64,000 nucleotides of DNA. Source: Octopus vulgaris. Taxonomy: Eukaryota. The notes below the pieces were generated by a model. It was not told where the DNA came from and did no database searches. It saw nothing but the letters and a program-made list of their open reading frames with translations. Shown here in pieces: positions 63,125 to 64,000 of this stretch. Position 1 is the first letter of the stretch. The number at the start of each line of letters is the position of its first letter. The DNA lies in assembly GCA_951406725.2 (NCBI GenBank), contig OX597819.1:55366001-55430000 (forward strand). The letters run 5' to 3'. The translations under genes and the position numbers were made by a program.

Positions 63125-63350
63125 CTTCTTATTTCTTTACTGCCCACAAGGGGCTAAACATAGAGGGGACAAACAAGGACAGACAAACGGATTAAGTCGA
63201 TTACATCGACCCCAGTGCGTAACTGGTACTTAGTTAATTGACCCAAAAAGATGAAAGGCAAAGTTGACCTCAGCGGAATTTGAACTCAGAACGTAGCAGC
63301 AGACGAAATACTGCTAAGCATTTCGCCCGGTGTGCTAATGTTTCTGCCAA
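63125..63350 (-). mobile_element. SINE family C inserted in a SINE A head
   Basis: Near-consensus copy flanked by the direct repeat CCAACTTCTTA. Confidence 0.8.
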
Positions 63351-63876
63351 CTTCTTAACCACATGGTCGTGCCTGCACTCCTTTTATCCAAGTAAAAATA
63401 AATAATTAGAGTACTACTATATAATTATCCTATTTCATATTTTTGTTCAATAACACAATACAGTATGCAAATGTTATCAAGTGTCCTACAATGAAGCTTT
63501 ATTGCCTTCTTTATTATGAGCATCTCAAAATAAAAACACAATGGAACACTAAAAATTATTTTTAAAAAACCTGTATTCTGATATTTATATTTATTTTATG
63601 CAAATAGTAATGCCAATATTTTACTTATTTTATATCTAGCAGCCTCAACTCTGATACTAGCATTACACTTTTGTTTTTGTTGAAACATTTCATTTCACAC
63701 TAGAACAGATGTTAGACTACTAAATCAGAACTAAACAGTAACTCAGGACTATTGATCTTCATTTTAAATGTAGATAGTCATTAACTAGAGCATTTGGTAG
63801 TCGTAACTATGTCGGTACAGTATATGATTTTCAGGAAGAAACAATCAATGAATTAATGATGATGATGATGATGATA

Positions 63877-63927
<51 letters not shown>

Positions 63928-64000
63928 CATCAGTACAATACAGTTATTTTTTACTTTGCTGGTATTCAACACATCGATGCTGTCAGGCTGCTAGTCAACA

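Overview
Eukaryotic, AT-rich, microsatellite-dense non-coding DNA whose repeat families look like those of a coleoid cephalopod (most likely Octopus; inferred, not searched). No host protein-coding exon could be supported, and nearly all ORF-track entries are microsatellite or SINE artefacts. The one real CDS is an apparently intact RTE-clade LINE (5352-10072, minus; 1113 aa with AP endonuclease, RT and an internal C4HC3 PHD-like finger) with a duplicated 5'UTR block and structured 3'UTR modules. The rest is a nested retroelement field: tRNA-derived SINE families with shuffled heads and tails, many RTE 3' ends, CR1, R4/Dong-like and HERO-like LINE ends, Penelope-like (PLE) fragments, hAT and piggyBac-like MITEs, a solo LTR and minisatellites. 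Most unusual: at least six minimal type-I hammerhead ribozyme motifs, one inside a tRNA-headed SINE with a PLE-style inverted head duplication (57320-57673), and a 5S rRNA fragment fused to a SINE tail (14571-14712). Repeat boundaries were read by eye and may be off by a few bases.
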